In this document: in pieces, positions 35,696-49,103 of the stretch
Position numbering within the stretch: the stretch's first letter is position 1
Layout: every line of letters starts with the position of its first letter
Assembly: GCA_024644045.1 (NCBI GenBank)
Contig: JAHELT010000004.1
Span: forward strand, 1,974-65,973
DNA length: 64,000 bases
Direction: 5' to 3'
DNA from: Chromatiales bacterium
Lineage (GTDB): Bacteria; Pseudomonadota; Gammaproteobacteria; JAHELT01
Made by a program: the position numbers and the translations under genes
Notes under the pieces: generated by a model
What the model was told of the DNA's origin: nothing
The model's database searches: none
Seen by the model: the letters and a program-made list of their open reading frames with translations, nothing else

Positions 35696-36298
35696 TTATT
35701 TCTTGAGCTTTACAGCGGTTCCGCTGGCGGTCATCAGGTACATGCTGTTGCCCAGGTCGCCGTGCTCGAAACGGATGGCGATCACGCCGTCGGCGCCGGC
35801 CAGCATCGCCTCACGGCGCAGGGCGCCGATACAGTCCGCGCGCGCATTCTTCAACGCGCGCAGGGCCGCGTCGGCGCGCCCCCCGGCGACGTCGCCGATG
35901 GTCGCGTGTGAATCGCCCATCAGGTTCATCCCGAACATTTTCTCGGCCGAGACTATGCCCATGCGCTGCTTGATGAACAAACCCAGCGGGGTGCTCTCGG
36001 TGGTGATCAGGACTTCGTTTGCCAGCTGATCCTGTATATCCATCGGCAACGAGCGCAGATCGCCGGTTTCGCGCGCCTGCGCAATGGCGCGTTTGAAGTC
36101 GCGCGCCCGTTCCTTCTCCACCACTTTGAGCTGCTGCTCGCGCGCCGCCTGGCGGACTTCCTGGCGCTTTTCGGCAAGCTGTTTCAGCTGTTCACGCTGG
36201 CGGCGTTCGGGCGGCGGCGCGCCGCACTCGGGGCAGCGGAACGCGTCGGCGAAGATTTCCGCGCCGCACATCCAGCAGTGCACTTTGGCCGCCGCCAT
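35696..36298 (-). CDS. YbjQ-family protein with N-terminal zinc ribbon
   Basis: CWMCG..CPECG, charged coil, C-terminal LITTE..GIVSAE..GADGVI..ASGTAV. Confidence 0.75.
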   Translation of the reverse strand: MAAAKVHCWMCGAEIFADAFRCPECGAPPPERRQREQLKQLAEKRQEVRQAAREQQLKVVEKERARDFKRAIAQARETGDLRSLPMDIQDQLANEVLITTESTPLGLFIKQRMGIVSAEKMFGMNLMGDSHATIGDVAGGRADAALRALKNARADCIGALRREAMLAGADGVIAIRFEHGDLGNSMYLMTASGTAVKLKK

Positions 36299-36300
36299 CC

Positions 36301-37602
36301 CTACCCGGACTCCGCTGCGCCCGAACCGCCCGACGCATGTATGGCGACGCCGGACCTGTGCGCAGCTTGCGCATCCGCATCGCCGCCGAAGCGCGTCACC
36401 ACGTAGTCGTCTACGATGTCCTGAAACTGCGCGGCGATGTCGCCGCCCTTCAGGGTTACCGTTTTCTCACCGTCCACATACACCGGGGCCACCGGCGTTT
36501 CGCCGGTGCCGGGCAGACTGATGCCGATGTTGGCATGCCTGCTTTCCCCGGGACCGTTGACCACGCACCCCATGACCGCGACCGTCATGTTTTCCACCCC
36601 CGGAAAGCGGTCGCGCCAGAGCAGCATCCGGTCGCGCAGGTTGGCCTGGATGGCCTGGGCGAGCGACTGAAACACGGTGCTGGTCGTGCGCCCGCACCCC
36701 GGGCATGCGGTGACCATGGGCGTGAACGAGCGCAGCCCCATGGTCTGCAGTATTTCCTGCGCGACGAGCACTTCCCGGGTGCGGTCACCGCCCGGCTCGG
36801 GAGTCAGGGAGACGCGAATCGTGTCACCGATGCCTTCCTGCAGCAGCACCGCCAGCGCGGCCGTGGACGCGACTATGCCCTTGCTGCCCATGCCCGCCTC
36901 GGTCAATCCGAGGTGCAGCGCGTACTCGCAACGCGCGGCGAGGTCGCGGTAGACGGCAATCAGATCCTGCACCCGGCTCATCTTGCAGGACAAGACGATT
37001 CGCTCCGCCGGCAGCCCGATGTCGCGAGCCAGCTCGGCGCTGCGCAACGCGGACTGCACCACGGCCTCACGCTGCACCTGCGCGAGTGTGCTCGGTTGGA
37101 CGGCTCGCGCGTTTTCATCGAGCATCTGCGCCAGCAGGTCCTGGTCCAGGCTGCCCCAGTTCACACCGATGCGCACCGGCTTATCGTGCCGGCACGCCAG
37201 CTCGACGATTTCGGTGAACTGAACGTCGCGTTTCTTGCCGCGCCCGACGTTGCCGGGGTTGATACGGTACTTGGCGAGCGCGCTCGCGCAGGCGGGGAAC
37301 TTACCGAGCAGCCGGTGCCCGTTGAAGTGGAAATCGCCGACCAGCGGCACCGGGCGGCCGCGTGCTCGCAGCCGCTCGTCGATGGCCGCCACGGCCTGTG
37401 CGGCAGCTTCGTTGTTGACCGTGACCCTGACCAGCTCCGATCCCGCATCGGCCAGGGCCAGGATCTGATCGACGGTCGCCTCGATGTCAGCCGTGTCCGT
37501 GTTGGTCATCGACTGTACGACAATCGGCGCATCGCCGCCGATGCAAACACCGCCGACGTTGACCGGGATACTGCATCGGCGCCCTGCGTGTGATTCAATC
37601 AT
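36301..37602 (-). CDS. ispG: 4-hydroxy-3-methylbut-2-enyl diphosphate synthase
   Basis: [50 protein letters not shown]. Confidence 0.97.
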   Translation of the reverse strand: MIESHAGRRCSIPVNVGGVCIGGDAPIVVQSMTNTDTADIEATVDQILALADAGSELVRVTVNNEAAAQAVAAIDERLRARGRPVPLVGDFHFNGHRLLGKFPACASALAKYRINPGNVGRGKKRDVQFTEIVELACRHDKPVRIGVNWGSLDQDLLAQMLDENARAVQPSTLAQVQREAVVQSALRSAELARDIGLPAERIVLSCKMSRVQDLIAVYRDLAARCEYALHLGLTEAGMGSKGIVASTAALAVLLQEGIGDTIRVSLTPEPGGDRTREVLVAQEILQTMGLRSFTPMVTACPGCGRTTSTVFQSLAQAIQANLRDRMLLWRDRFPGVENMTVAVMGCVVNGPGESRHANIGISLPGTGETPVAPVYVDGEKTVTLKGGDIAAQFQDIVDDYVVTRFGGDADAQAAHRSGVAIHASGGSGAAESG

Positions 37603-37726
37603 GCTTACGCTGGTACAACCTTTGCTTCTCGCAGCTTTAAAAACGGCGCTATTGTAGCCATATCGGGAGCAAGTAGATACCGACGTATCCATTGCCTGGG
37701 CAAAGGAATATGCAAGAATAACCGCT

Positions 37727-38782
37727 ATGTCAGATCAGGATTCCAACCCCACGCTGAGCGAGCGCGCGATGAGCGTCTTGCGTGCGCTGGTGGAGCAGCA
37801 TATCCGGGAAGGCCAGCCGGTGGGCTCGCGCACGCTTGCCAAAACCACCGAGCTGGCGCTGAGTCCGGCGACCATCCGCAACGTGATGAGCGATCTGGAG
37901 GAGGCCGGTTATCTGCGCGCCCCGCACACCTCGGCGGGCCGCGTGCCGACCGACCTCGGGTATCGGCTGTTCGTTGACAGCCTTCTCGAAATGCGCCCGC
38001 TGGACAAGGTCACCCTGGGCTCGCTCAACGACATCATCGAGACCAACCAGCCGACCCAGCAGGAGCTGGTCGAGCAGGTGTCGGCGTTTCTGTCCGGTAT
38101 CACTCAGATGGCCGGGCTGGTCACGCTGCCGAGATCGGAGCACACGCGTCTGCGGCATATCGAGTTTCTGCCGCTTTCCGACCGCCGGGTGCTGGCGATA
38201 CTGGTGATCGAAGAAGAGGTGCAGAACCGCATCCTGTACACCGACCGCAGCTACTCGAGCAGCGAGCTGGAGCAGGCAACCAACTTCCTCAACGCGCAGT
38301 TTGCCGGCAAGGAGCTGAGCCAGGTGCGCCAGAATCTGCGTACCGAGCTGAACGCCGCGCGCGAGGACATGAACGAGCTGATGTGTGAAGTCATTGGCAT
38401 GGCGAATGCCGCGATCACCGAAACGCGCCACGAGCGCGATGAGTTCGTGGTTGCCGGGCAGACGAATCTGATGAACTTCCAGGAGTTGTCCAGCGTGCAG
38501 AAGCTCAAGGCGCTGTTCGACGAGTTCAATCAGAAGCGCGACATCTACCATCTCCTGGAGCGTTGCATCGACGCCGAAGGCGTGCAGATCTTCATCGGCC
38601 ATGAATCGGGCTACGAGGTGTTCGACGAGGTAAGCGTGGTCACCGCGTCATTCGGGGCGCGCGACAATATAGTCGGCGTGCTGGGCGTGATCGGCCCCAC
38701 GCGGATGGCTTATCAGCGGGTGATCCCGATCGTCGATGTGACCTCGAAAATTCTGACGGCCACCTTGAACGACAGGCACTAA
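37727..38782 (+). CDS. hrcA: Heat-inducible transcription repressor
   Basis: [36 protein letters not shown]. Confidence 0.97.
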   Translation: MSDQDSNPTLSERAMSVLRALVEQHIREGQPVGSRTLAKTTELALSPATIRNVMSDLEEAGYLRAPHTSAGRVPTDLGYRLFVDSLLEMRPLDKVTLGSLNDIIETNQPTQQELVEQVSAFLSGITQMAGLVTLPRSEHTRLRHIEFLPLSDRRVLAILVIEEEVQNRILYTDRSYSSSELEQATNFLNAQFAGKELSQVRQNLRTELNAAREDMNELMCEVIGMANAAITETRHERDEFVVAGQTNLMNFQELSSVQKLKALFDEFNQKRDIYHLLERCIDAEGVQIFIGHESGYEVFDEVSVVTASFGARDNIVGVLGVIGPTRMAYQRVIPIVDVTSKILTATLNDRH

Positions 38783-38791
38783 TCCCCATAA
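38764..38791 (+). promoter_or_regulatory. Sigma-32 (RpoH) promoter for grpE
   Basis: CTTGAA-N14-CCCCATAA, near consensus, overlapping the last codons of hrcA. Confidence 0.8.
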
Positions 38792-38901
38792 TCCGCGCTA
38801 GCGCCCCGGCCGGCTCCCCTCGTGGGGTCGCGAGCGGCGTTCATGTTCCGCGGCAGGGTCCGTAACCGGGCGGCCGCCGTTTCCAGCGTGGAGGTTGATG
38901 C

Positions 38902-39537
38902 ATGGCGAAGCGGGCTAACAAGCCAGGCGAATCCGGCGAAGAGGTGATTGAAGAGCGGGCCGACGCCGCCGGGCCGGCACAGGCGCCGGCGGTTGATGCG
39001 GCGGCCGCGCCGCCCCAGGGCGGGGCGGCTAACGAGGCTGCGGCGGCCGTGGAGCCGCACGCGCCGGCGACGCTCGAGCAGCTGCAGGCGCAGATCGCGG
39101 CGCTCCAGGCGAAGGCCGACGAGCACTGGGACCGGTTACTGCGCACCCAGGCGGAGATGGAGAATCTGCGCAAGCGCAGCCGGCGCGACGTCGAGCACGC
39201 GCACAAGTTCGCCCTCGAGGGCTTCGCCAGCGATCTGCTGGGCGTCAAGGACAGCCTGGAGATGGGGCTCAACGCCGCCAGCCAGGACGATGCGGGGGCA
39301 AGCTCCATCCGCGAAGGCACCGAGCTTACCCTGAAGCTTCTGACCCAGACGCTTGAAAAGCATGATATCCAGGAAATCAACCCTCTAGGGAAGAAATTCG
39401 ATCCGGAGCTGCATCAGGCGATGAACGTGCTCGAGGACCAGAACGCGGCCCCCAACACCGTGGTGATGGTGATCCAGAAGGGCTACCTGCTGAACGGGCG
39501 GCTGCTGCGCCCGGCGCTGGTGAGCGTGGCCAAGTAA
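38902..39537 (+). CDS. grpE: Nucleotide exchange factor GrpE
   Basis: AEMENLRKR, FDPELHQAM, QKGYLLNGRLLRPALV. Confidence 0.97.
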   Translation: MAKRANKPGESGEEVIEERADAAGPAQAPAVDAAAAPPQGGAANEAAAAVEPHAPATLEQLQAQIAALQAKADEHWDRLLRTQAEMENLRKRSRRDVEHAHKFALEGFASDLLGVKDSLEMGLNAASQDDAGASSIREGTELTLKLLTQTLEKHDIQEINPLGKKFDPELHQAMNVLEDQNAAPNTVVMVIQKGYLLNGRLLRPALVSVAK

Positions 39538-39541
39538 ACGG

Positions 39542-39571
39542 GTTGAAAAGGCCTCGAGCGGGCCATACATA
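39542..39571 (+). promoter_or_regulatory. Candidate sigma-32 promoter for dnaK
   Basis: GTTGAAA followed by a degenerate CCATAC/ACATA -10 region. Confidence 0.5.
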
Positions 39572-39645
39572 GCCGAAGTCAGTTGATTCAGTTGGAATCA
39601 GTCAATCGTACAAGTTGCAATTAGAGAGTCGCGGAGTATCAGGCA

Positions 39646-41574
39646 ATGGGGAAGATAATCGGTATCGATCTTGGCACCACGAATTCGTGCGTGGCCATAA
39701 TGGAGGGCAACAAACCGCGGGTCATCGAAAACAGCGAAGGTGACCGCACGACGCCATCCATTGTCGCGTTCACGCAGGACGACGAGGTGCTGGTGGGCCA
39801 GCCGGCGAAACGCCAGGCAGTGACCAACCCGAGGAACACCCTGTTCGCCGTAAAGCGGCTGATCGGCCGTCGCTTCGACGAGGGTGAGGTCCAGAAAGAC
39901 ATGGATCTGGTGCCCTACACGATCGTGAAAGCGGACAACGGCGACGCCTGGGTCGAGGTGGACGGCAAGAAAATGGCGCCGCCGGAGATCTCCGCGCGCG
40001 TGCTCATGAAAATGAAGAAAACCGCCGAGGATTACCTCGGTGAGCCGATCACCGAGGCGGTGATCACGGTGCCGGCCTATTTCAATGATTCGCAGCGTCA
40101 GGCCACCAAGGACGCGGGACGTATCGCCGGGCTGGATGTGAAGCGCATCATCAACGAGCCGACGGCGGCGGCCCTCGCGTACGGTATGGACAAACGCCGC
40201 GGCGACGCCAAGATCGCGGTTTACGATCTGGGCGGCGGCACCTTCGACATCTCTATCATCGAGATCGCCGAGGTCGACGGCGAGCACCAGTTCGAGGTGC
40301 TGTCGACCAACGGCGATACGTTCCTGGGCGGCGAGGACTTCGACAAGCGCCTGATCGACTACCTGGCCGATGAGTTCAAGAAGGACCAGGGCGTTGACCT
40401 GCGCGGCGATCCGCTGGCCATGCAGCGCCTGAAAGAGGGCGCCGAGAAAGCGAAGATCGAGCTTTCCTCCGGCCAGCAGACCGACGTCAATCTGCCCTAC
40501 ATCACGGCCGATGCCTCCGGGCCCAAGCACATGAACATCAAGGTCACGCGGGCCAAGCTGGAGTCGCTGGTCGAGGACCTGATCCAGCGCACCATCGAGC
40601 CCTGCCGGACCGCCCTTAAGGATGCCGGGCAGTCGGTCGGCGAGATCACCGACGTGATCCTGGTCGGCGGCCAGACGCGCATGCCGAAGGTGCAGGAGGC
40701 GGTGAAGGATTTCTTCGACAAGGAACCGCGGCGAGACGTCAACCCCGACGAGGCGGTGGCGGTGGGTGCCGCGATCCAGGGCGGCGTGCTCGGCGGCGAC
40801 GTGAAGGACGTGCTGCTGCTCGACGTGACGCCGCTGTCGCTCGGAATCGAGACGCTGGGCGGCGTGATGACCAAGCTGATCGACAAGAACACCACGATTC
40901 CGACCAAGGCTCAGCAGGTGTTTTCGACGGCCGACGACAACCAGACGGCAGTCACGGTGCACGTGCTGCAGGGCGAGCGTGATATTGCGAGCGCCAATAA
41001 GTCACTCGGGCGCTTCGACCTGAGCGACATCCCGATCGCGCCGCGCGGTATGCCGCAGATCGAGGTCACGTTCGATATCGACGCCAACGGCATACTCAAC
41101 GTGTCGGCCAAGGACAAGGCGACCGGAAAAGAGCAGTCGATCGTGATCAAGGCCTCCAGCGGTCTGTCCGACGATGAGATCGAGAAGATGGTCAAGGACG
41201 CCGAGGTGCATGCCGATGAAGATCGCAAGACACGCGAGCTGGTCGAGGCCCGAAACACCGCCGATGCGCTGATCCATGCGACCGAGAAAACGCTGAAAGA
41301 TCTCGGTGACAAGGTCGAGGCGGCCGAACGCAGCGAGATCGACGGCGCTATCGCGAGTCTCAAGAAGGCGCTGGATTCGGATGACAAGGACGACATCGGC
41401 GCAAAGAGCGAAAAGCTCGCCGAACTGTCCGGCAAGCTCGCCGAGCGGGTCTACGCGCAGCAGTCGTCGAGCGGCGCGCCGGGCGGTGGTGAAGCCGGCG
41501 AGGCGAAACCGGGCGGCGCCGATGACGATGTCGTCGATGCGGAATTCGAGGAAGTCAAAGACGACAGCAAGTAA
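39646..41574 (+). CDS. dnaK: Chaperone DnaK
   Basis: [36 protein letters not shown]. Confidence 0.99.
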   Translation: MGKIIGIDLGTTNSCVAIMEGNKPRVIENSEGDRTTPSIVAFTQDDEVLVGQPAKRQAVTNPRNTLFAVKRLIGRRFDEGEVQKDMDLVPYTIVKADNGDAWVEVDGKKMAPPEISARVLMKMKKTAEDYLGEPITEAVITVPAYFNDSQRQATKDAGRIAGLDVKRIINEPTAAALAYGMDKRRGDAKIAVYDLGGGTFDISIIEIAEVDGEHQFEVLSTNGDTFLGGEDFDKRLIDYLADEFKKDQGVDLRGDPLAMQRLKEGAEKAKIELSSGQQTDVNLPYITADASGPKHMNIKVTRAKLESLVEDLIQRTIEPCRTALKDAGQSVGEITDVILVGGQTRMPKVQEAVKDFFDKEPRRDVNPDEAVAVGAAIQGGVLGGDVKDVLLLDVTPLSLGIETLGGVMTKLIDKNTTIPTKAQQVFSTADDNQTAVTVHVLQGERDIASANKSLGRFDLSDIPIAPRGMPQIEVTFDIDANGILNVSAKDKATGKEQSIVIKASSGLSDDEIEKMVKDAEVHADEDRKTRELVEARNTADALIHATEKTLKDLGDKVEAAERSEIDGAIASLKKALDSDDKDDIGAKSEKLAELSGKLAERVYAQQSSSGAPGGGEAGEAKPGGADDDVVDAEFEEVKDDSK

Positions 41575-41710
41575 GCGCGGTCAATGCACACGGGCTGGCG
41601 GCCCGTTGAACGAGGCGTCCGGGGGCGGTTAGGCTGTCCGCGGACGTTCGTGTTTGTGCAGCCGGGCCGCGGCGGCGGATTTTCGGGGTGACGGATGTGA
41701 CGTTCTGAGT

Positions 41711-42832
41711 ATGTCCAAGCGCGATTACTACGAGGTTCTTGGCGTTTCGCAAACCGCGTCGGAGGCCGATCTGAAGACGGCCTACCGACGGCTCGCCATG
41801 AAGTATCATCCGGACCGCAACCCCGACGACGCAGTGGCCGAGGAGAAGTTCAAAGAGGCGAAGATCGCGTTCGAGGTGCTCAGCGATCCGCAGAAACGCG
41901 CCGCCTACGACCAGTTCGGGCATGCCGGCGTCGACGCCGGCGCGGGTGCCGGCGGCGGCGCGGGCGGTGCCACGTTCAGCGACATCTTCGGCGACGTTTT
42001 CGGCGACATCTTCGGTGGCGGCGGCCGCCAGCGCAGCTACCGTGGCGCCGATCTGCAGTACAACCTGGAAGTCAGCCTGGAAGACGCCGTGATGGGCACC
42101 ACGGCCAAGGTGCGCCTGCCGACCAAGGTGCGCTGCGACACCTGCGCAGGCAGCGGGGCCAAGGCCGGCACCAAGCCGGAAAGCTGCCGCACCTGCGGCG
42201 GGATCGGGCAGGTGCGCATGCAGCAGGGCTTCTTCTCGGTGCAGCAGACCTGCCCGAACTGCCGCGGAAGCGGTCAGATCATCAAAGATCCCTGCGGCGT
42301 ATGCCGCGGCAGCGGCTGGCGCGAGGAGCAGAAGACGCTGTCGGTAAAAATCCCGGCCGGCGTGGACAACGGCGACCGCATCCGGCTGACCGGGGAAGGC
42401 GAGGTCAGCACCGACGGCGGTTCGCCGGGCGACCTCTACGTGCAGATCGCGGTTCGCCCGCATCCCATCTTCGGACGCGAGGGCGAAGACCTGACCTGCG
42501 AGGTGCCGATCAGTTTCACCGCCGCCGCGCTGGGCGGCGAGCTGCAGGTGCCGACGCTGGACGGGCGTGTCAAGCTCAAAATACCCTCGGGCACCCAGTC
42601 CGAGAAGGTGTTCAGGCTGCGCGGCAAGGGCGTGCGTCCGGTGCGCGGAGGCGCAACCGGCGATCTGCTCTGCAAGGTACGCGTCGAGACGCCGGTGAAC
42701 CTCACCGGCAAGCAGCGCGAACTGTTGAAAGAATTCGAAGCGACCATCAGCAGCAACGGCGGCAAACACAGCCCGCAGGAACGCAGCTGGCTGGATGGCG
42801 TGAAATCTTTCTTTGACGACATGCGGGCGTAG
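41711..42832 (+). CDS. dnaJ: Chaperone DnaJ
   Basis: J-domain HPD, G/F region, four CxxCxGxG repeats. Confidence 0.98.
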   Translation: MSKRDYYEVLGVSQTASEADLKTAYRRLAMKYHPDRNPDDAVAEEKFKEAKIAFEVLSDPQKRAAYDQFGHAGVDAGAGAGGGAGGATFSDIFGDVFGDIFGGGGRQRSYRGADLQYNLEVSLEDAVMGTTAKVRLPTKVRCDTCAGSGAKAGTKPESCRTCGGIGQVRMQQGFFSVQQTCPNCRGSGQIIKDPCGVCRGSGWREEQKTLSVKIPAGVDNGDRIRLTGEGEVSTDGGSPGDLYVQIAVRPHPIFGREGEDLTCEVPISFTAAALGGELQVPTLDGRVKLKIPSGTQSEKVFRLRGKGVRPVRGGATGDLLCKVRVETPVNLTGKQRELLKEFEATISSNGGKHSPQERSWLDGVKSFFDDMRA

Positions 42833-42872
42833 AAGCCGGTGATCGCAGCGGCGTGAGGCCGGCTGCGGGTAG

Positions 42873-43703
<831 letters not shown>

Positions 43704-43791
43704 CGGCAATCGACCCCGGCCGGAGGACGCGTGGGTCCGCCGGTACGAACACGCCGTAAAAACTACAAGACTCTAAGAACAGGGCAAACGC

Positions 43792-44730
43792 ATGCAATTC
43801 TCCGCTTTGTTCCCCGGACAGGGATCTCAGTCCGTGGGCATGCTGAAGGAACTCTCCGAGGCCTATCCCCAGGTGGTAGGGGCGACGTTTGCGGAGGCCG
43901 GCTCGCTGCTCGACTACGATCTGTGGCGCCTGATTCAGAACGGACCGCCGGAGGTGCTGAACCGCACTCAGTTCACGCAGCCCGCGATGCTGGCGACGGG
44001 CGTGGCCGCCTGGCGCGTCTGGCGCGCTGCGGGCGGACCGCCGCCGGCCGCGGTCGCCGGGCACAGTCTGGGTGAATTCAGCGCCCTGGTTGCCGCCGAC
44101 GCGCTGGATCTGGCGCAGGCCACCAGGCTGGTGGGCCTGCGCGGCGAGATCATGCAGGCGGCGGTGCCCGAAGGGGAAGGTGCGGTGGCGGCAATCGTGG
44201 GGCTGGACGCCGCGGGCGTTGCGGCGGCCTGCGCCAACGCCGCGCAGGGGCAGACAGTGGAACCGGTGAACTTCAATGCGCCGCAGCAGACGGTCATCGC
44301 CGGACACGCCGAGGCGGTTGCCCGCGCCATGCAGGAGGCCAGAACCGGCGGTGCCAGGCATGCGGTGCTGTTGCCCGTCAGCGTCCCGGTTCACAGCAGC
44401 CTGATGGGGCCGGCGGCGCAGCGCTTTGCCGAGCACATCGACGGGCTGGATCTGCGTATGCCCGATGTCCCTGTCGTGCAGAACGTGGCCGCGAAGGCCT
44501 GCAACAGCGTCGAGGAGCTACGCAAAACGTTGCGGGCACACCTGGACAGCAGCGTTTTGTGGTCGGCGAGCGTGCTCGCAATGCGGGCGCAAACCGGCGA
44601 TCTGTTCATCGAGTTCGGCCCCGGCAAGGTGCTTGCGGGACTTTGCAAGCGTATTGACCGCGCCCTGATCGCTGCGGGCGTGGACAGTCCCGATGGCCTG
44701 CAGCGCGCACTGGCACTGGTGGTGGAGTGA
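43792..44730 (+). CDS. fabD: Malonyl CoA-ACP transacylase
   Basis: FPGQGSQ, GHSLGE, VSVPVHS. Confidence 0.97.
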   Translation: MQFSALFPGQGSQSVGMLKELSEAYPQVVGATFAEAGSLLDYDLWRLIQNGPPEVLNRTQFTQPAMLATGVAAWRVWRAAGGPPPAAVAGHSLGEFSALVAADALDLAQATRLVGLRGEIMQAAVPEGEGAVAAIVGLDAAGVAAACANAAQGQTVEPVNFNAPQQTVIAGHAEAVARAMQEARTGGARHAVLLPVSVPVHSSLMGPAAQRFAEHIDGLDLRMPDVPVVQNVAAKACNSVEELRKTLRAHLDSSVLWSASVLAMRAQTGDLFIEFGPGKVLAGLCKRIDRALIAAGVDSPDGLQRALALVVE

Positions 44731-44772
44731 GGCGTAGCATGGATTCCTGCCGCGGCCGCCGATAAAGGAACT

Positions 44773-45522
44773 ATGACCATGCAGCTAGACAAACAAGTGG
44801 CGCTGGTAACTGGCGCGAGCCGCGGTATCGGCCGGCGGATCGCGACGCACCTTGCCGAACAAGGCGCCGTGGTGATAGGCACGGCTACCGGTGACACGGG
44901 TGTGGCGCGTATCGCCAGCGATTTGAGCGGCATGCCCAATCCTGGCGCCGGTCGTGTGCTCGATGTGCGCAACGGGCAAGCGGTACAGCAGCTGGTGGAG
45001 GCCGTCGCGGGAGAGTTCGGGGCGGTGCAGATCCTGGTGAACAACGCCGGTATCACGCTCGACAACCTGCTGATGCGCATGAAGGACGAAGAATGGGACA
45101 CGATCCTCGACACCAATTTGAGCTCCGTGTACCGCCTGAGCAAAGCGTGTCTGCGCGGGATGATGAAAGCCCGGCAGGGGCGCATCATCAACATCACCTC
45201 GGTGGTAGGCGTGAGCGGCAATCCGGGGCAGACCAATTACGCGGCAGCCAAGGCCGGAATGATCGGGTTCACCAAGTCACTGGCTCGCGAGGTGGCGTCA
45301 CGCAACATCACCGTGAACGCCGTTGCGCCGGGGTTCATCGAGACTGATATGACGCAAGCTTTGCCCGATGCGCAGCGTGAAGCACTGCTTGCACAGATCC
45401 CGATGCAACGTCTGGGTTCGGGCGATGACATAGCCGCTGCGGTGTGCTTTCTGGCCGGTCCTCACGCCGCTTACATCACCGGACAGACGCTCCATGTGAA
45501 CGGCGGCATGTACTTGCCATGA
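44773..45522 (+). CDS. fabG: 3-oxoacyl-ACP reductase
   Basis: TGASRGIG, NNAG, YAAAK. Confidence 0.97.
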   Translation: MTMQLDKQVALVTGASRGIGRRIATHLAEQGAVVIGTATGDTGVARIASDLSGMPNPGAGRVLDVRNGQAVQQLVEAVAGEFGAVQILVNNAGITLDNLLMRMKDEEWDTILDTNLSSVYRLSKACLRGMMKARQGRIINITSVVGVSGNPGQTNYAAAKAGMIGFTKSLAREVASRNITVNAVAPGFIETDMTQALPDAQREALLAQIPMQRLGSGDDIAAAVCFLAGPHAAYITGQTLHVNGGMYLP

Positions 45523-45721
45523 GCCCCCGGGGGATGTTCTAACCGAACTCAAGAGGTGAGTGTAAGCTTCTGTTTTTGTTCTTTTAACGAGTGTGGGCGA
45601 ATCGTGAACAGAGCAACGCCGGTCGCGCTGGCTTGAGAGCACCTAATTCTCTACAATAGCGCGGCACCGCGGTCCGGCCCGGCCGGGCGGGTGGCGTTCC
45701 ATTTTTGGAGGTCTTGTTTCT

Positions 45722-45958
45722 ATGAGCAGTGTCGAAGAACGGGTCAAAAAAATCGTAATCGAGCAGCTGGGCGTAAAAGAAGAAGAGGTGACCAACAGCG
45801 CATCATTCGTCGATGACCTGGGCGCTGACTCGTTGGATACCGTCGAACTCGTGATGGCCTTAGAAGAAGAGTTTGAATGTGAAATTCCAGACGAGGAGGC
45901 GGAGAACATCACCACTGTCCAGCAGGCGGTGGAGTATGTGGAGGCCCACCTTAACTAA
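45722..45958 (+). CDS. acpP: Acyl carrier protein
   Basis: [20 protein letters not shown]. Confidence 0.98.
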   Translation: MSSVEERVKKIVIEQLGVKEEEVTNSASFVDDLGADSLDTVELVMALEEEFECEIPDEEAENITTVQQAVEYVEAHLN

Positions 45959-46144
45959 TAATTCGTACTGATGACGTGGCGCCGCCGCTGCGCCATCCTT
46001 CGCGCGGTTGCGTGACGACTGGTGTACCACTCAACTGATTTCAATTTAGCGTTATGCACGCGGCCACGACGAGTCGCCGCCACGGTGTGCCGCGCGCCCG
46101 ACGGTTCGCGCGACGCGTCGGATGTGATTTGCGAGAGGCAATAA

Positions 46145-47386
<1,242 letters not shown>

Positions 47387-47441
47387 GCGCCGGCCGTGTG
47401 CCGATGCCCCGCCGCGATCACCTCGCCGCAGCTGAGGCCCC

Positions 47442-48473
47442 ATGCCCCGTCCGCTGATATGGACCGTCAACGCAGCCATTCTGATCGGGAGCGCGCTGCT
47501 CATCGGGTGGGGCGACGTGAGCGGATTCCTGCACAGTCCGATGTCCGGCGAGCGCGAGCCCTTTAACTACGACGTTGATCCGGGCACCTCGATCCGGCGT
47601 ATCGGCAGCGAATTGCAAGAGCGCGGCGTGTTGCGCCATCCCTTCTACTGGGAACTGTACGCGCGCCTCACCGGTGTGGCTAAACGCGTGAAGACGGGCG
47701 AGTACCGCATCGACCCGCGGCAGTCGCCGGTCCGCCTGCTGCGCCAGCTGACCGAGGGGCGGGTCATTCAATACAGCTTTACCCTGATCGAGGGGTGGAC
47801 GTTCCGTCAACTGCGCGCTGCGCTGCACGTCGACCCGATCCTGCTCAGGACGCTGCAGGACAGCTCGGACGCGCAGATCATGGCGGCTCTGGGGGCGCAA
47901 GACGAGCACCCGGAAGGCTGGTTCCTCCCGGACACCTACTACTTCCCGCGCGGCACCACGGATCTAGAGTTCCTGCAGCGCGCCTACAGAGGCATGCAGG
48001 ACGAGCTGACCGCCGAATGGGCCGAACGGGCCGCGGACCTGCCGTTGAAATCCCCGTACGAAGCGCTGACCCTGGCCTCGATCGTAGAGCGTGAAACCGC
48101 AGTCCCGGAGGAGCGTGCCACGATCGCCGGTGTGTTCATCGAGCGGCTTCGCCGCAAGATGTACCTGCAGACCGACCCCACTGTTATCTACGGCATGGGC
48201 GAGCGTTACAATGGACGTATTCGTTACAGCGATCTGCGGCGCGACACGCCCTACAATACCTACACGCGTGCCGGACTCACCCCGACCCCGATCGCCATGC
48301 CGAGCGCCGAGTCGATTCATGCGGCCCTGCATCCAGCGTTCAGCGGGGCCCTGTACTTCGTGGCGCGCGGCGACGGCACCCACCAGTTTTCCGCCTCGCT
48401 GCAGGAGCACAACGAAGCCGTAATCAAGTACCAGCTGGACGGCGACGCCTCGCGCCTCAGGGGCAACCGTTGA
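47442..48473 (+). CDS. mltG: Endolytic transglycosylase MltG (YceG)
   Basis: [33 protein letters not shown]. Confidence 0.95.
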   Translation: MPRPLIWTVNAAILIGSALLIGWGDVSGFLHSPMSGEREPFNYDVDPGTSIRRIGSELQERGVLRHPFYWELYARLTGVAKRVKTGEYRIDPRQSPVRLLRQLTEGRVIQYSFTLIEGWTFRQLRAALHVDPILLRTLQDSSDAQIMAALGAQDEHPEGWFLPDTYYFPRGTTDLEFLQRAYRGMQDELTAEWAERAADLPLKSPYEALTLASIVERETAVPEERATIAGVFIERLRRKMYLQTDPTVIYGMGERYNGRIRYSDLRRDTPYNTYTRAGLTPTPIAMPSAESIHAALHPAFSGALYFVARGDGTHQFSASLQEHNEAVIKYQLDGDASRLRGNR

Positions 48474-49099
48474 GCGGGCGGTTCATTACGTTCGAGGGTA
48501 TCGAGGGCGTTGGTAAATCGACCCAGCTCGAGGTGGCCCGGGGGTATCTGCAACAGCGCGGTATTGACGTCGCCGTCACGCGCGAACCCGGCGGCACGCC
48601 GCTGGCGGAAAAGATCCGCGCGCTGCTGCTGGATGCCGGCCATACGGCAATGGCGCCGGACGCTGAATTGCTGCTGATGTTCGCGGCGCGCGCCCAGCAC
48701 CTCGCCGAGAAGATACTGCCGACGCTCGCGGCCGGACGCTGGGTGCTGTGCGATCGTTTCACCGATGCGACCTACGCCTACCAAGGCGGCGGCAGAGGCA
48801 TCGGCGCAGAACGGGTCGCGGCCGTCGAGCAGCTGGTGCAGGGCGCGTTACGCCCGGATGCAACCATACTGCTCGACGCACCGCCGCAGGTCGGGCTGGC
48901 GCGGGCGCGCGCGCGCGGCGCGGGCGCGGATCGCTTCGAGAGCGAGCAGCTGCGGTTCTTCGAGCGCGTGCGCGACGCTTACCTGCAGCGTGCGACCGCC
49001 CACGCCGGGCGGTTTACGGTGATCGATGCGACCGCGGAGCTCGCCGAGGTGTCGCGACAGGTCACCGGAGTACTGGATCGACTGCTTACGGAGCAATGA
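48470..49099 (+). CDS. tmk: Thymidylate kinase
   Basis: [32 protein letters not shown]. Confidence 0.97.
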   Translation: MSGRFITFEGIEGVGKSTQLEVARGYLQQRGIDVAVTREPGGTPLAEKIRALLLDAGHTAMAPDAELLLMFAARAQHLAEKILPTLAAGRWVLCDRFTDATYAYQGGGRGIGAERVAAVEQLVQGALRPDATILLDAPPQVGLARARARGAGADRFESEQLRFFERVRDAYLQRATAHAGRFTVIDATAELAEVSRQVTGVLDRLLTEQ

Positions 49100-49103
49100 C
49101 TCA

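Noticed and set aside
39598-40962. 454-aa ORF antisense to dnaK
   Set aside because: This is the well-known shadow frame of dnaK, often mis-annotated as NAD-specific glutamate dehydrogenase; it is explained by codon bias.
43718-43759. GRRTRGSAGT in the dapB-fabD spacer as a fabH tail relic (GGFTWGSA)
   Set aside because: Only about 5 residues match, which is indistinguishable from chance.
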